Shown in pieces: positions 1-7,742 of a stretch of 40,193 nt of DNA (positions are counted from its first letter, which is position 1; each line of letters opens with the position of its first letter). A program made the position numbers and the translations under genes. The notes beneath the pieces are model-generated. The model ran no database searches and was not told where the DNA came from. It was given only the letters and a program-made list of their open reading frames with translations. Source of the stretch: a virus (lineage: Duplodnaviria; Heunggongvirae; Uroviricota; Caudoviricetes); IMG/VR virus record IMGVR_UViG_2671180415_000005, one strand, 5' to 3'.

Positions 1-61
1 GAACCGTTCTGACAGCTTCGGCTTTGAACTCTTTAGAGTAACGTTGGGTTTTTCTGCTCAT
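1..61 (-). CDS. IS3-family transposase OrfA, N-terminal fragment (continues beyond window start)
   Basis: Hand translation of minus strand from ATG at 61..59: MSRKTQRYSKEFKAEAVRTV; HTH-type OrfA N-terminus. Confidence 0.65.
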   Translation of the reverse strand, partial: MSRKTQRYSKEFKAEAVRTV

Positions 62-125
62 TATTAGCTCCTTCTGATGCCATTCTATTTCAGGAAGGAG
101 TGTCCGTTAAACTCAGGCTACCTCA
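1..125 (-). mobile_element. IS3-family insertion sequence, partial (terminal inverted repeat and 5' part of orfA; IS600-like by memory), runs off window
   Basis: Minus strand of 59..61 starts an ORF MSRKTQRYSKEFKAEAVRTV... typical of IS3-family OrfA, with AAGGAG Shine-Dalgarno upstream; element end reads 5'-TGAGGTAGCCTGAG on minus strand (TG terminus at 124..125); torZ reading frame stops exactly at this junction. Confidence 0.7.
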
Positions 126-190
126 CTTCTCTTCTGCCCATGCGGGGAGCGGTGCTGCCGATGTCACCACCTGCGCTCCAGCGGCAATAC
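126..190 (-). pseudogene. torZ: torZ internal fragment (about codons 13-34, Tat signal region), cut by prophage on one side and IS on the other
   Basis: Minus-strand translation SIAAGAQVVTSAAPLPAWAEEK followed immediately by IS terminus; joins in frame with the torZ start fragment at 38813..38854 once the prophage is removed. Confidence 0.7.
186..190. repeat. 5-bp target-site duplication AATAC (copy at prophage right-end junction in window left)
   Basis: AATAC at 186..190 and 38813..38817; removing 191..38812 plus one copy restores MTLTRREFIKHSGIAAGAQVV... in frame. Confidence 0.6.
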
Positions 191-207
191 TATAGCGCGG
201 CGATTTT

Positions 208-273
208 TTTGATACCGATTTGCATTTCATTTGATACCGCTGAAAAACGCCGATACGCAACTTATTTGATACT
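208..273. repeat. Three TTTGATAC(C/T) transposase-binding-like repeats at the mom-proximal (right) prophage end
   Basis: TTTGATACC at 208..216 and 230..238 (22 bp apart), TTTGATACT at 265..273; inverted copies GGTATCAAA occur at the other end. Confidence 0.6.
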
Positions 274-318
274 AAATCGGCGCTTTTCTTTTGAGTTTTA
301 GAATGAGTTTTTAAGCGT

Positions 319-1056
319 TCATTCACTCTCTTTCAAACCAGTTTTAACTGTTTGTGGTTTTGGGTAAGGCTGGACTTTGAATAGCTTTGTGTTAAGGCGT
401 TTTCTGGCTCTCTTGTCCAGAAACCGGATGTAACGAAACTGACGGAATTTATGAACACTGGCTCTGTCGATATTAGCCCGCAGATGTTCACCTCGCTGTC
501 CTCCTCGTTTGATTGCATTCTTGCAAATCTCGTGATACCACTCGCCATCAAGTTCATAGAATGTTGTTTCATGACTGCCTACATAATCAAAATTGCTTGC
601 CTGGTACACGACACCAAGACAGCCACAACGCTCATCTGCAAACGACTGAACCCACTGCACCTGCGGATAAAGTTGTCTGATTAGTTTGAGCGCGTAACTG
701 ATTGCCCTTGATTCGGAGTTTCTCGGCATACAGTCATGCAGCCATAACCGGTTAAGCTCCATATATTCGCGGTTCTGCGTGCCAGTTACGACGCGTGCAC
801 CATTGTTTGGATTAAGGGCATAACCCCATTGCATTACGCCAACCAGCTCCCGTTCTGAAAATATGCCCAGATGAAGGTAGGAATTATTTACGAAACGATG
901 GCTGTAATGTTTATTGACGACGACCAGCCGGGCCAGCCAGCAACTTATTGTCTCAACCCGTAACTCACGGGAGCCATAACCGACGATATTGTCGTTATAG
1001 TGAATAAGTTCAGGCGTGCTGATGATACGGGATGTAACTTGCTTTCTGTTCCCCAC
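319..1056 (-). CDS. mom: Mom-like DNA modification protein (start uncertain; candidate GTG at 1056, ORF is open up to 1251)
   Basis: Last gene before the prophage end, directly downstream of and overlapping a Com-like zinc-finger gene, as in Mu; AAGGAA 8 nt upstream of GTG; no direct sequence motif verified. Confidence 0.6.
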   Translation of the reverse strand: MGNRKQVTSRIISTPELIHYNDNIVGYGSRELRVETISCWLARLVVVNKHYSHRFVNNSYLHLGIFSERELVGVMQWGYALNPNNGARVVTGTQNREYMELNRLWLHDCMPRNSESRAISYALKLIRQLYPQVQWVQSFADERCGCLGVVYQASNFDYVGSHETTFYELDGEWYHEICKNAIKRGGQRGEHLRANIDRASVHKFRQFRYIRFLDKRARKRLNTKLFKVQPYPKPQTVKTGLKESE

Positions 1057-1210
1057 GACAGGATTTCCTTGTGTATGTGGGGTGCTCTGTGGCGCTCTGA
1101 GATGTGATTTGATTGAGGGTTTTACAGCGCGGACATTTAACTTCCAGATAACTGAAGCTGGCTCGTGCCAGTAGCTTGTTACAATGTCGGCACCGTATGT
1201 TTCGATACAT
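1010..1210 (-). CDS. com: Com-like zinc-finger translational activator of mom
   Basis: [34 protein letters not shown]... has the C-x2-C ... C-x2-C Com pattern (IRC.HCNKLL ... KCPRCK); overlaps mom 5' end; alternative upstream start at 1255. Confidence 0.8.
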   Translation of the reverse strand: MYRNIRCRHCNKLLARASFSYLEVKCPRCKTLNQITSQSATEHPTYTRKSCRGEQKASYIPYHQHA

Positions 1211-1254
1211 GGCCGCATAACCTCCTGCTTTGTTGTTGATATCTTTATCACTCA

Positions 1255-1350
1255 ATCGATCGACAAAAACGATCGATTTGATTTATTTAATTGATACAAC
1301 AAATAACACGAAATGTCATTAGCGAAAATTTATGAGTTTGATCACTAATT
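1255..1350 (-). promoter_or_regulatory. Candidate Pmom-like regulatory region with clustered Dam GATC sites
   Basis: AT-rich; GATC at 1258, 1271 and 1340 immediately upstream of com on the minus strand; Mu Pmom is regulated by a Dam-methylated GATC cluster. Confidence 0.4.
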
Positions 1351-1466
1351 TTAAACGGTGCTGTAACGCATAAGTGCTGAATGATTGTACATTTGAATAC
1401 CGCAAAGCAAACAAATCAACTAATTTATAGAAGTCAATTGGTTAATTGCCAGCGTAAGAGGCTGCT

Positions 1467-1760
1467 ATGGACAATCATGTAACGACGAGAAATCGAAAAA
1501 TGATTGAAAATGCGGAAATCTATAATGATTATTTTTCCGATTATTCAGATGCCTGCAAATACAGTTCGAGTGCGGGAGAGTTCATATGCTTCAACTTTTT
1601 TATTAAATCTTATGTTTTTCCTCCACAGCAAGAAGATGGAGGTGTGCCACCTCCTGAAATCACTTTGCACCGTATAGCCTCCGTCTCAATGATGGAGCAA
1701 CAGGCTAATGAGCTGTATAGCATTCTGGGAACGATTCTACAAAAGCGTGAATCGGACTAA
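1467..1760 (+). CDS. Hypothetical protein (AT-rich cargo ORF, opposite strand to neighbours)
   Basis: 97-aa ORF with TAAGAGG Shine-Dalgarno before ATG at 1467; no recognisable motif. Confidence 0.4.
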   Translation: MDNHVTTRNRKMIENAEIYNDYFSDYSDACKYSSSAGEFICFNFFIKSYVFPPQQEDGGVPPPEITLHRIASVSMMEQQANELYSILGTILQKRESD

Positions 1761-1927
1761 TGATACCGGTTCATTTGCCTGCCCGGATGGGGAAGCAGGA
1801 TTGACTGCTCCATAAGCAGCTATATTTCTGAATACGAAATACTATCCAGCGATTACATATGGCTGGATAGCGGCAAAGATGTTTTCATTAGTGTCAAACC
1901 GGCAGAGGACACCACCGGTTTGTATTG

Positions 1928-2182
1928 TTACATCATGGTACTGTCAGTTCCGGGCTGAGCCGGGTCTGGTTGCTCTGGCTGCGCGTCGGTTTTCGGCTCA
2001 TTATCAGCATCACTGGCCGCAACTGCTGGCCCAATAAGTTTTGCCAGCACTTCATCAACGTAAGTGTCGATTTGTGCCTCAAAATCCTTGCGGACCTGCG
2101 CTTTCAGCAACTTATTTACTTCACCGGAATACAGTGCCTGTTTTACCAGGTCTTCAGTGACGGTGCCTTTAATTTCTGGCAT
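1928..2182 (-). CDS. Hypothetical acidic protein (cargo)
   Basis: 84-aa ORF co-directional with and downstream of the esterase gene; stem-loop AACCGG/CCGGTT at 1897..1920 just after its stop. Confidence 0.45.
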   Translation of the reverse strand: MPEIKGTVTEDLVKQALYSGEVNKLLKAQVRKDFEAQIDTYVDEVLAKLIGPAVAASDADNEPKTDAQPEQPDPAQPGTDSTMM

Positions 2183-2217
2183 GTATATCCTCCTTATGCG
2201 GGAATAAAGCCCTGCAA

Positions 2218-2412
2218 TCAGGGCTGGGTCGGGTCTTTTGGGAGCGGAGTTACCTGCGCTGTTTTACTGAGTTTTTCAGCTGCTGCGTCCTCAATTTTGC
2301 GGCGAACATAATTTCTGATGGCCTTATAACCACCACTCACCAGATATAACGCACATACTGCCGTGCAGAAATACAATAAAATAAGCTGTAAAAATGTCAT
2401 TATCCCTCCCAA
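2218..2412 (-). CDS. Small single-pass membrane protein (cargo)
   Basis: 64 aa; N-terminal hydrophobic stretch FLQLILLYFCTAVCALYLV then charged tail; GGGA Shine-Dalgarno-like sequence upstream. Confidence 0.5.
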   Translation of the reverse strand: MGGIMTFLQLILLYFCTAVCALYLVSGGYKAIRNYVRRKIEDAAAEKLSKTAQVTPLPKDPTQP

Positions 2413-2496
2413 TTATTGACATGGTGTTGACACCGGTAATATCTGTTAGGTAAAAAGGTGCACTGCATTTTTTGCTTTGGATATAACGATCTTTTT

Positions 2497-2539
2497 GCCG
2501 CCGGTTTCTTGTTTTCCCTTACCGGCGGCATTTTTTTAT
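2497..2539 (+). terminator. Intrinsic-terminator-like hairpin (plus-strand sense) between esterase and small membrane protein genes
   Basis: GCCGCCGGT (2497..2505) / ACCGGCGGC (2521..2529) stem followed by ATTTTTTTAT; two TTGACA hexamers at 2416 and 2427 lie upstream on the same strand. Confidence 0.45.
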
Positions 2540-2544
2540 CCTGC

Positions 2545-4599
2545 TTACGCGTTATTCACTTCCACCACGATACTGTCAATCAGTACCGGGTAAGTCGCAT
2601 TTTTAGTGATATCGGTCACGCGCAACTTGTCTGCCGTAAACGTGCCGACCGGAGACTGCGACAGCATGAATGGTGTCCCGTCCTTACCATCAATGACCGG
2701 CGTCACCTCAATACTGTTGTTACCGGCAAAACGGAAGCCCAGCGTATGCCATTCGTTATTAAATGCGCCGAATGACCCCAGCTTCGTGTTCTGCGCCGTG
2801 TTTCCTTTGTGATACATCACGTTAAGGTCTGTGGCATCGCTCTGTACGTAGAACGATGCCAGCAGGTTATGACCGGCATTTCCTTCCAGAGTAACCCCTT
2901 GCGGCAGGGCAGAAACCGGCCAGTACAGCGCCAGTGCGTACTGATTAGCCGTAAGCGCGCCATCGAGTTTAAAACGACAACTGACAAGACCACCTTTACC
3001 CAGCAGGTCCGCACCATTACCAGCATCATGCTCAAGGTACCAGGGGGCTCTTCCTGTTTCCTTGGTCAGTTTCATTGCCTTACCCCCGCTGGCTCCGGCA
3101 TCATCCACGATTTGAGCCTTGCCACCTCCGGCAGCCCAACCCTGTGGTGTCAACCGTCCTTCAGACTCAGATGCCCGGTAAGCAAATAGCGTACTCATCG
3201 TCGTGGTGTCTGCGGGTGGCGTGGACGGTTTTGATGGTGTATCAGGTGACGGCTTCTCATCCGGTGGTGTCACGGTCTGCCCGCGCATCAGTTCAGCCGT
3301 GCGCCCTGCATGGAGCATAATAGCTGAGGCCAGACGGTCTGAAATGACGCCCCTGCGTGCCCATGAGCTGAAATGGCTGTCACGCTGTGTCGAAACAAAA
3401 CTGCCCTGGGTTCGGGATGCTGCACCGTAATACCCGACAGCCACAATATCCGGGTCTTCCGCCGGAGCATTCGTTGGCGTGCTCTGTCCATTCTCATCCG
3501 TCAGGAACGGTACAAAGAAAATTTTCTGTGCTTCCTTGCCTTTGTAGCCACCGTATACTGCCTCATATTTATCGGTGCCAGCGTTTTTCCAGTAATACGT
3601 GGTATCACCGCAAATCCACGGCACCGTGGTGGCATTTCCACTCACGCACTGCGCAGCAAGCGGAGCCAGGTCAGTTCTGAACTGCTGAACCATGGCCGTG
3701 AATAAACTATTATGCTGCTGGCTTCCTGAGGCAAGGTCTGCCTCTCCCTGCATCCAGACCACAGCCAGAAGTTTGTTTTTCGGGTTTTTCGCCAGCGCGA
3801 CTTTGGTGCGGCTTACCAGGTCCTGATACAGAGGTTTACCGGCCCCCCAGCGTGAAGAATCAGCGGAAGCACCGCTGGCCTCACTGAATGAGCCGTCGGC
3901 TCCAGTGGTGAATGCTGACCCGCCACGACAACAGGGCACCAGAAGTATCCCGGCATTCTGTGGGATATAGGGAAGCAGTTTTTTGGCAATATGCAACCCC
4001 TGACCGACAGTCCCGTACTGGCCTTTTGCCAGATCAGCTTTCGGGTGGTTTATCCCGCTCATATCCTGAACATCATGCAGGCAGTGGTCTGCCGGAATGA
4101 TGTCGTTGTATGTACACGACGTACCGTTGGGCGTTACCGTACTGCGGCGTGCCAGTTGCTTAATGCGTGGGTCCGGGCGGTCAAACGAATCCGGTAACGG
4201 CAGCCCCTCGCCGTAGGCCATGCCATTTGACTGACCCGCGAGAATGACAACAAAGTAATATTCCGGCTCTGAACTGCTGCCATTCGTGCTACCGGAAGGC
4301 CCGGCGTTATCCGGTGCATTCCAGTCGGAGGGCGTGAGCGTTCCGGCCACGTCAGATGTGATTGGAATGATGCCAGTCACGCCTGAACTGGTGATTTCTG
4401 CACTGGGATTACCGGATACCGGCATTACCCATAATGGCTCTTTCGTGCTGAAGCGGATCACGCAGTCTGCGAAGGTGATCCCCCCTTTATTACCCGAAGG
4501 GCGGAAAGGGCTTTCAATAAATGCCACCGTGCCACCGGCAACCTTGACTGAAAACTCTCCGGGCATGGCGGAGAGCATTTTCCACTTGGAGTCTGACAT
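2545..4599 (-). CDS. SGNH/SASA-family carbohydrate esterase (sialate-O-acetylesterase-like) with Pro/Thr-rich linker and C-terminal beta-rich putative carbohydrate-binding domain; cargo gene
   Basis: 684 aa; motifs ILAGQSNGMAYGEG (GQSN serine motif), VVWMQGEAD and RDSHF (Asp/His) in SASA-like order; linker PPDEKPSPDTPSKPSTPPADTT; no signal peptide; Mu has no gene at this position between gin and com. Confidence 0.7.
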   Translation of the reverse strand: MSDSKWKMLSAMPGEFSVKVAGGTVAFIESPFRPSGNKGGITFADCVIRFSTKEPLWVMPVSGNPSAEITSSGVTGIIPITSDVAGTLTPSDWNAPDNAGPSGSTNGSSSEPEYYFVVILAGQSNGMAYGEGLPLPDSFDRPDPRIKQLARRSTVTPNGTSCTYNDIIPADHCLHDVQDMSGINHPKADLAKGQYGTVGQGLHIAKKLLPYIPQNAGILLVPCCRGGSAFTTGADGSFSEASGASADSSRWGAGKPLYQDLVSRTKVALAKNPKNKLLAVVWMQGEADLASGSQQHNSLFTAMVQQFRTDLAPLAAQCVSGNATTVPWICGDTTYYWKNAGTDKYEAVYGGYKGKEAQKIFFVPFLTDENGQSTPTNAPAEDPDIVAVGYYGAASRTQGSFVSTQRDSHFSSWARRGVISDRLASAIMLHAGRTAELMRGQTVTPPDEKPSPDTPSKPSTPPADTTTMSTLFAYRASESEGRLTPQGWAAGGGKAQIVDDAGASGGKAMKLTKETGRAPWYLEHDAGNGADLLGKGGLVSCRFKLDGALTANQYALALYWPVSALPQGVTLEGNAGHNLLASFYVQSDATDLNVMYHKGNTAQNTKLGSFGAFNNEWHTLGFRFAGNNSIEVTPVIDGKDGTPFMLSQSPVGTFTADKLRVTDITKNATYPVLIDSIVVEVNNA

Positions 4600-4674
4600 C
4601 GTCTTTTCTGCCTGTTTCTGAATTAAACAGAGTCAGAATAGCGACCGCTGAAAAATATGTGTTTTGCGGAAATT

Positions 4675-4704
4675 CAAAAAAGCGTCACGGTACTTTTGGT
4701 GACG
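4675..4704 (-). terminator. Intrinsic terminator after gin (minus-strand sense)
   Basis: Stem CGTCAC (4683..4688) / GTGACG (4699..4704) followed on the minus-strand RNA by CUUUUUUG; overlaps gin stop codon. Confidence 0.5.
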
Positions 4705-5257
4705 GAGCTGGTGAGGCAGGAAAATAACGATAAAGGGTGGAAAGGCCAATATCAAATATCAGTGCGATTTGTTTACGGGACTCGCCATTAGCCAGCAAAC
4801 GGGCGATTTGCTCCCGCTCTTTCTCTGTCAGTTTCTGAGGTCTGCCGCCATGACGCCCCTGAGCACGGGCAGCAGCAAGACCCGCGCGTGTACGTTCAAT
4901 AATGAGTTCCCGCTCCATTTCCGCCAGCGCGCCCATTATATGGAAAAAGAAACGTCCCATGGGAGTGGATGTATCAATATTGTCCGTAATGCTGCGGAAG
5001 TTAACGCCGCGTTGCCGGAGTTCTTCTGTTAAAAGGACAAGGTGCTGCATACTGCGTCCAAGGCGATCCAGTTTCCAGACCAGCAGGGTATCCCCTGGCC
5101 GGAGTCGCTTTAATGCGCGTTTAAGTCCGGGACGCTCCCTTGTCTTACCGCTTATTCTGTCTTCGAAAAACAGCTCACATCCTGCACATTCCAGCGCATT
5201 TCTTTGTAGCGCCGTATTCTGGTCATTTGTTGACACCCTGATATACCCAATCAGCAT
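4685..5257 (-). CDS. gin: Gin-family serine DNA invertase
   Basis: MLIGYIRVSTNDQNTALQRNA...DTLLVWKLDRLGRSMQHL...MGRFFFHIMGALAEMERELIIERT is near-identical in pattern to Mu Gin/Hin/Pin/Cin; adjacent to invertible tail-fiber segment. Confidence 0.95.
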   Translation of the reverse strand: MLIGYIRVSTNDQNTALQRNALECAGCELFFEDRISGKTRERPGLKRALKRLRPGDTLLVWKLDRLGRSMQHLVLLTEELRQRGVNFRSITDNIDTSTPMGRFFFHIMGALAEMERELIIERTRAGLAAARAQGRHGGRPQKLTEKEREQIARLLANGESRKQIALIFDIGLSTLYRYFPASPAPSPKVP

Positions 5258-5322
5258 ACGATTTCCTTATTATAAAAAGCCGGAATTGTCGCATGAGGAA
5301 TAAAACAGAGTTAATCCTGGCT

Positions 5323-5348
5323 TTCCTGAAAACCTCGGTTTACGGGAA
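5323..5348. other. gix-like recombination site (gin-proximal)
   Basis: TTCCTGAAAACC-TC-GGTTTACGGGAA, an imperfect 12-2-12 palindrome closely resembling Mu gix/hix sites. Confidence 0.7.
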
Positions 5349-5687
5349 ACGGTAAACAGGGCGGCGAATGCTCTGCCATCGGACGGCACCGCCGTTGCCG
5401 CGAACAGGCTGGCAAATGCCCACACAATTAATGGTGTTCCCTTTGACGGGACGCAGGATATCACTATCTCATCAGGAACAGTAACCGCCATAAGACTGGG
5501 GGCGGTGACCGCACATATGCCCGGAACATGGGAAAGCTGGGATCTGAATCTGGGGGGCGGCAATGTTCTTACCGGAATTAAAGTACAGGATGTCGGTAAG
5601 AATACGGCAGATAACGTCGGCGGCGTGTATTACCGGCCGTTGCAGTATCTGTTAAATGGAGCATGGGTGACGGCTGCAAGTATATAA
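5337..5687 (+). CDS. Alternative tail-fiber C-terminal cassette (S'v-like), currently in non-expressed orientation
   Basis: Plus-strand frame encodes [26 protein letters not shown] (identical to tail-fiber S at the inverted repeat) then a divergent C-terminus ...[16 protein letters not shown]...LNGAWVTAASI; no start codon of its own at the 5' end. Confidence 0.65.
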   Translation, partial: GLRETVNRAANALPSDGTAVAANRLANAHTINGVPFDGTQDITISSGTVTAIRLGAVTAHMPGTWESWDLNLGGGNVLTGIKVQDVGKNTADNVGGVYYRPLQYLLNGAWVTAASI

Positions 5688-5696
5688 TGATATTCA

Positions 5697-5720
5697 GAAG
5701 GCCTTCCGGCCTTCTTTATT
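5697..5720. terminator. Hairpin with T-tract at the centre of the invertible segment (putative bidirectional terminator)
   Basis: GAAGGCC-TTCC-GGCCTTC followed by TTTATT; lies between convergent S'v cassette and tail-fiber assembly gene. Confidence 0.55.
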
Positions 5721-6240
5721 ACTGTGGCTGCTCAGGCCATTTAATGGCGTTAAATTCAGCTTCTGTTTTAATGGCGGGTAGTTCCATTTTCTTCACCTGA
5801 CTGATGTATGCCATCCATTGGGTAAGTGCTGCTCTGTCTTCATCGCTGATGGTGCCCAGTTGTAGCTCCGTTCTCCAGTCATTAATTTTTTCATATGCCT
5901 GATTAAGATATGACTGGCGCATTGCTTCCAGTTTTCTTGCGTAGTTAACCGGAATACGGGAGATTATGCCATTATCAAACTTCCAGTTTCCTGAAATATC
6001 CGTGCCTTCAGGGAGTTCATCGACCTCAACCACAGAAAACCCCGCAGGATACAGCGCCGAGGCGTCCTGTGATATTGAGCAGATAACGCCGCTGTCAGGT
6101 GTTATGCAAAGTTTATATTTTTTGGTGAATAATGGCAGGGATTCGTAGAAATCCTTACCATCTTCACTCTGGAAATACTGAACATTATTACCATATGGCA
6201 TATTTTCAGGATAATAACGGGTTATATTTTTTAGTTCCAT
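5719..6240 (-). CDS. Tail fiber assembly protein (U-like chaperone)
   Basis: 173 aa immediately downstream of tail fiber gene inside invertible segment; Mu U position; typical Tfa size. Confidence 0.75.
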   Translation of the reverse strand: MELKNITRYYPENMPYGNNVQYFQSEDGKDFYESLPLFTKKYKLCITPDSGVICSISQDASALYPAGFSVVEVDELPEGTDISGNWKFDNGIISRIPVNYARKLEAMRQSYLNQAYEKINDWRTELQLGTISDEDRAALTQWMAYISQVKKMELPAIKTEAEFNAIKWPEQPQ

Positions 6241-6291
6241 AAAATCCTCCTGGAAATAAATCTGTTTTAAAATATATTATTTACTGACTAT

Positions 6292-7182
6292 TTATAACTG
6301 AGATACCGTAATCCATGTACCTCCGACTAATTTTTGCAGGGGTCTGAATGCTATAAAATCGTTTGAAGCATCAACTTTACTGTCAATCTGCAGGCCTGCC
6401 ATAACATTACCGTACGCAGAGTAATATGCCCCACCGTACATTACCTGCCTGTTCTCTGCTCCCAGCCTGATATCCTGGATATATCGGGAATCCGCATCCT
6501 GCTGTGTTATACCAGAAGTGATGTTTATGTCCTGCGTCCCGTCAAAGGGAACCCCATTAATATTTCTTGGGGTGGCGAGTCTATTCGCGGCAACGGCGGT
6601 GCCGTCCGATGGCAGAGCATTCGCCGCCCTGTTTACCGTTTCCCGTAAACCGACGTTATCGATAAAAGCCCCTTTATCCGGAATGTCTGCGCCGTTCTGC
6701 TCCCTGCGCAGGTAACGGTTATCACCTTCGCTTTTGCTGTAAACATCCAGATTATTACGGGCGGTTCCCTTATTCTCCAGGTCGGCGAGATTCTGATCCT
6801 TCGCCAGGGCATTAACGTCAGCGGGACCAAGACTGTTTTTTGTGGCAAGCGTCCCCAGACCAAGATAACCACGGGCCAGACGCTGGGCCTCCGCACCGGC
6901 ATCAGCAATTTCTTTCAGGTTATTTTTCCGGGAAAAGGCATTCGCAGCGATAATGGCTTTAATGGACAGCGTAAGCTGGTTTAACTGCGCCTTATCCGGC
7001 TGAATACTGGCTTCAGCCAGAATATTCAGCAGTTCGGCCTGGAGAATATTCAGCCAGTCCTGACCAATCCAGCTGATACCTTTTTGTCCGTCACCTTCGG
7101 TAAACCAGGTGGTGGTATTACTCTGCGCCGGTGCCAGCGCAGGCATATTCGCCACGCCGGAATTATTATCAACATGAAACAT
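6292..7182 (-). CDS. Tail fiber protein (S-like; constant N-terminal part outside, variable C-terminal part inside invertible segment)
   Basis: 296 aa; spans gix site at 6640..6665; C-terminal region paralogous to S'v cassette. Confidence 0.8.
   Translation of the reverse strand: MFHVDNNSGVANMPALAPAQSNTTTWFTEGDGQKGISWIGQDWLNILQAELLNILAEASIQPDKAQLNQLTLSIKAIIAANAFSRKNNLKEIADAGAEAQRLARGYLGLGTLATKNSLGPADVNALAKDQNLADLENKGTARNNLDVYSKSEGDNRYLRREQNGADIPDKGAFIDNVGLRETVNRAANALPSDGTAVAANRLATPRNINGVPFDGTQDINITSGITQQDADSRYIQDIRLGAENRQVMYGGAYYSAYGNVMAGLQIDSKVDASNDFIAFRPLQKLVGGTWITVSQL
6640..6665. other. gix-like recombination site (tail-fiber-proximal)
   Basis: TTCCCGTAAACC-GA-CGTTATCGATAA, same architecture as the site at 5323..5348 in inverted orientation. 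Confidence 0.7.
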
Positions 7183-7742
7183 TAAATAGTCTCCTCTTCA
7201 TGGCTGTTTGCATAAACGTAAATAAACGTCTGCCATGCAGGCTTATAACGGTTCAGAATACATTCCAGCGCACCGCCTTCATAAATACGCAGCGGCGTGA
7301 GAATATCATCCAGCACATTCATATTCCGGTAGCCGGTTTCACTGTTAATCGTGACAATACTGACCCACTGCGAATCCGGTGAGGGCTGAATGTCAATCTG
7401 ATAACCAAACTCCGCCGCAAACCGGATATAAAATTCACGGTTCAGCGAGGGCTTCATCCGGTATTTATTTCCGGCATAACGCTGTCGCTCCGTGAGGGTG
7501 GCTCCGGCCATATCACACTCGGGAAGCCCGAGATAACGCTCCCAGTCTTCCAGCAGCAGGCGCGACGTGTCAGGGAAACGCTCGGCAAGCAGCTGTTTAC
7601 CCGTCCAGGATACACGCGCTGTCGAATGACTGAGGCCCAGACATAATGATGCCAGTACGGATGACGGACGCTTGTCCCATGCCAGCCCGTCAGGCAGTAA
7701 CTGCAACAGGGCGCGCTGATGCGGGGTCAGGGTTACAGCCAT
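7182..7742 (-). CDS. Tail/baseplate protein (Mu gp48 / YmfQ-like)
   Basis: 186 aa between baseplate J-like gene and tail fiber, Mu gp48 position; stop/start overlap with S. Confidence 0.6.
   Translation of the reverse strand: MAVTLTPHQRALLQLLPDGLAWDKRPSSVLASLCLGLSHSTARVSWTGKQLLAERFPDTSRLLLEDWERYLGLPECDMAGATLTERQRYAGNKYRMKPSLNREFYIRFAAEFGYQIDIQPSPDSQWVSIVTINSETGYRNMNVLDDILTPLRIYEGGALECILNRYKPAWQTFIYVYANSHEEETI

Larger units (their letters stand above)
5335..6653. other. Gin-invertible G-like segment (~1.3 kb) bounded by 70-bp perfect inverted repeats (5335..5404 and 6584..6653)
   Basis: Reverse complement of 5335..5404 is identical to 6584..6653; identity ends exactly at the central dinucleotide of the two gix-like sites. 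Confidence 0.75.

Noticed and set aside
208-273. Possible CRISPR array suggested by recurring TTTGATAC motif
   Set aside because: Only three short copies with irregular spacing and inverted counterparts at the other prophage end; these are transposon-end binding sites, and no repeat-spacer periodicity exists anywhere in the window
123-326. 67-aa minus-strand ORF spanning the prophage/host junction
   Set aside because: Chimeric reading through the prophage end into the torZ fragment; its C-terminal 22 residues are torZ, the remainder is the non-coding prophage terminus
1010-1255. Upstream extension of com to the Met at 1255 (81-aa ORF)
   Set aside because: The conserved Com zinc-finger starts right after the internal Met at 1210; the upstream 15 codons are AT-rich and overlap the putative promoter region, so the shorter form is preferred, though not excluded
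2545-4599. Interpreting the 684-aa esterase as a conventional tail fiber or tailspike
   Set aside because: It is separated from the tail module by gin and a terminator and lacks recognisable similarity to the tail-fiber N-terminal region present in this phage; virion association is kept as an open hypothesis, not annotated
5270-5563. 97-aa minus-strand ORF and the 6518..6715 plus-strand ORF sharing a 47-residue peptide
   Set aside because: Both are antisense readings across the 70-bp inverted repeats of the invertible segment; the shared peptide is a consequence of the repeat, not a gene duplication
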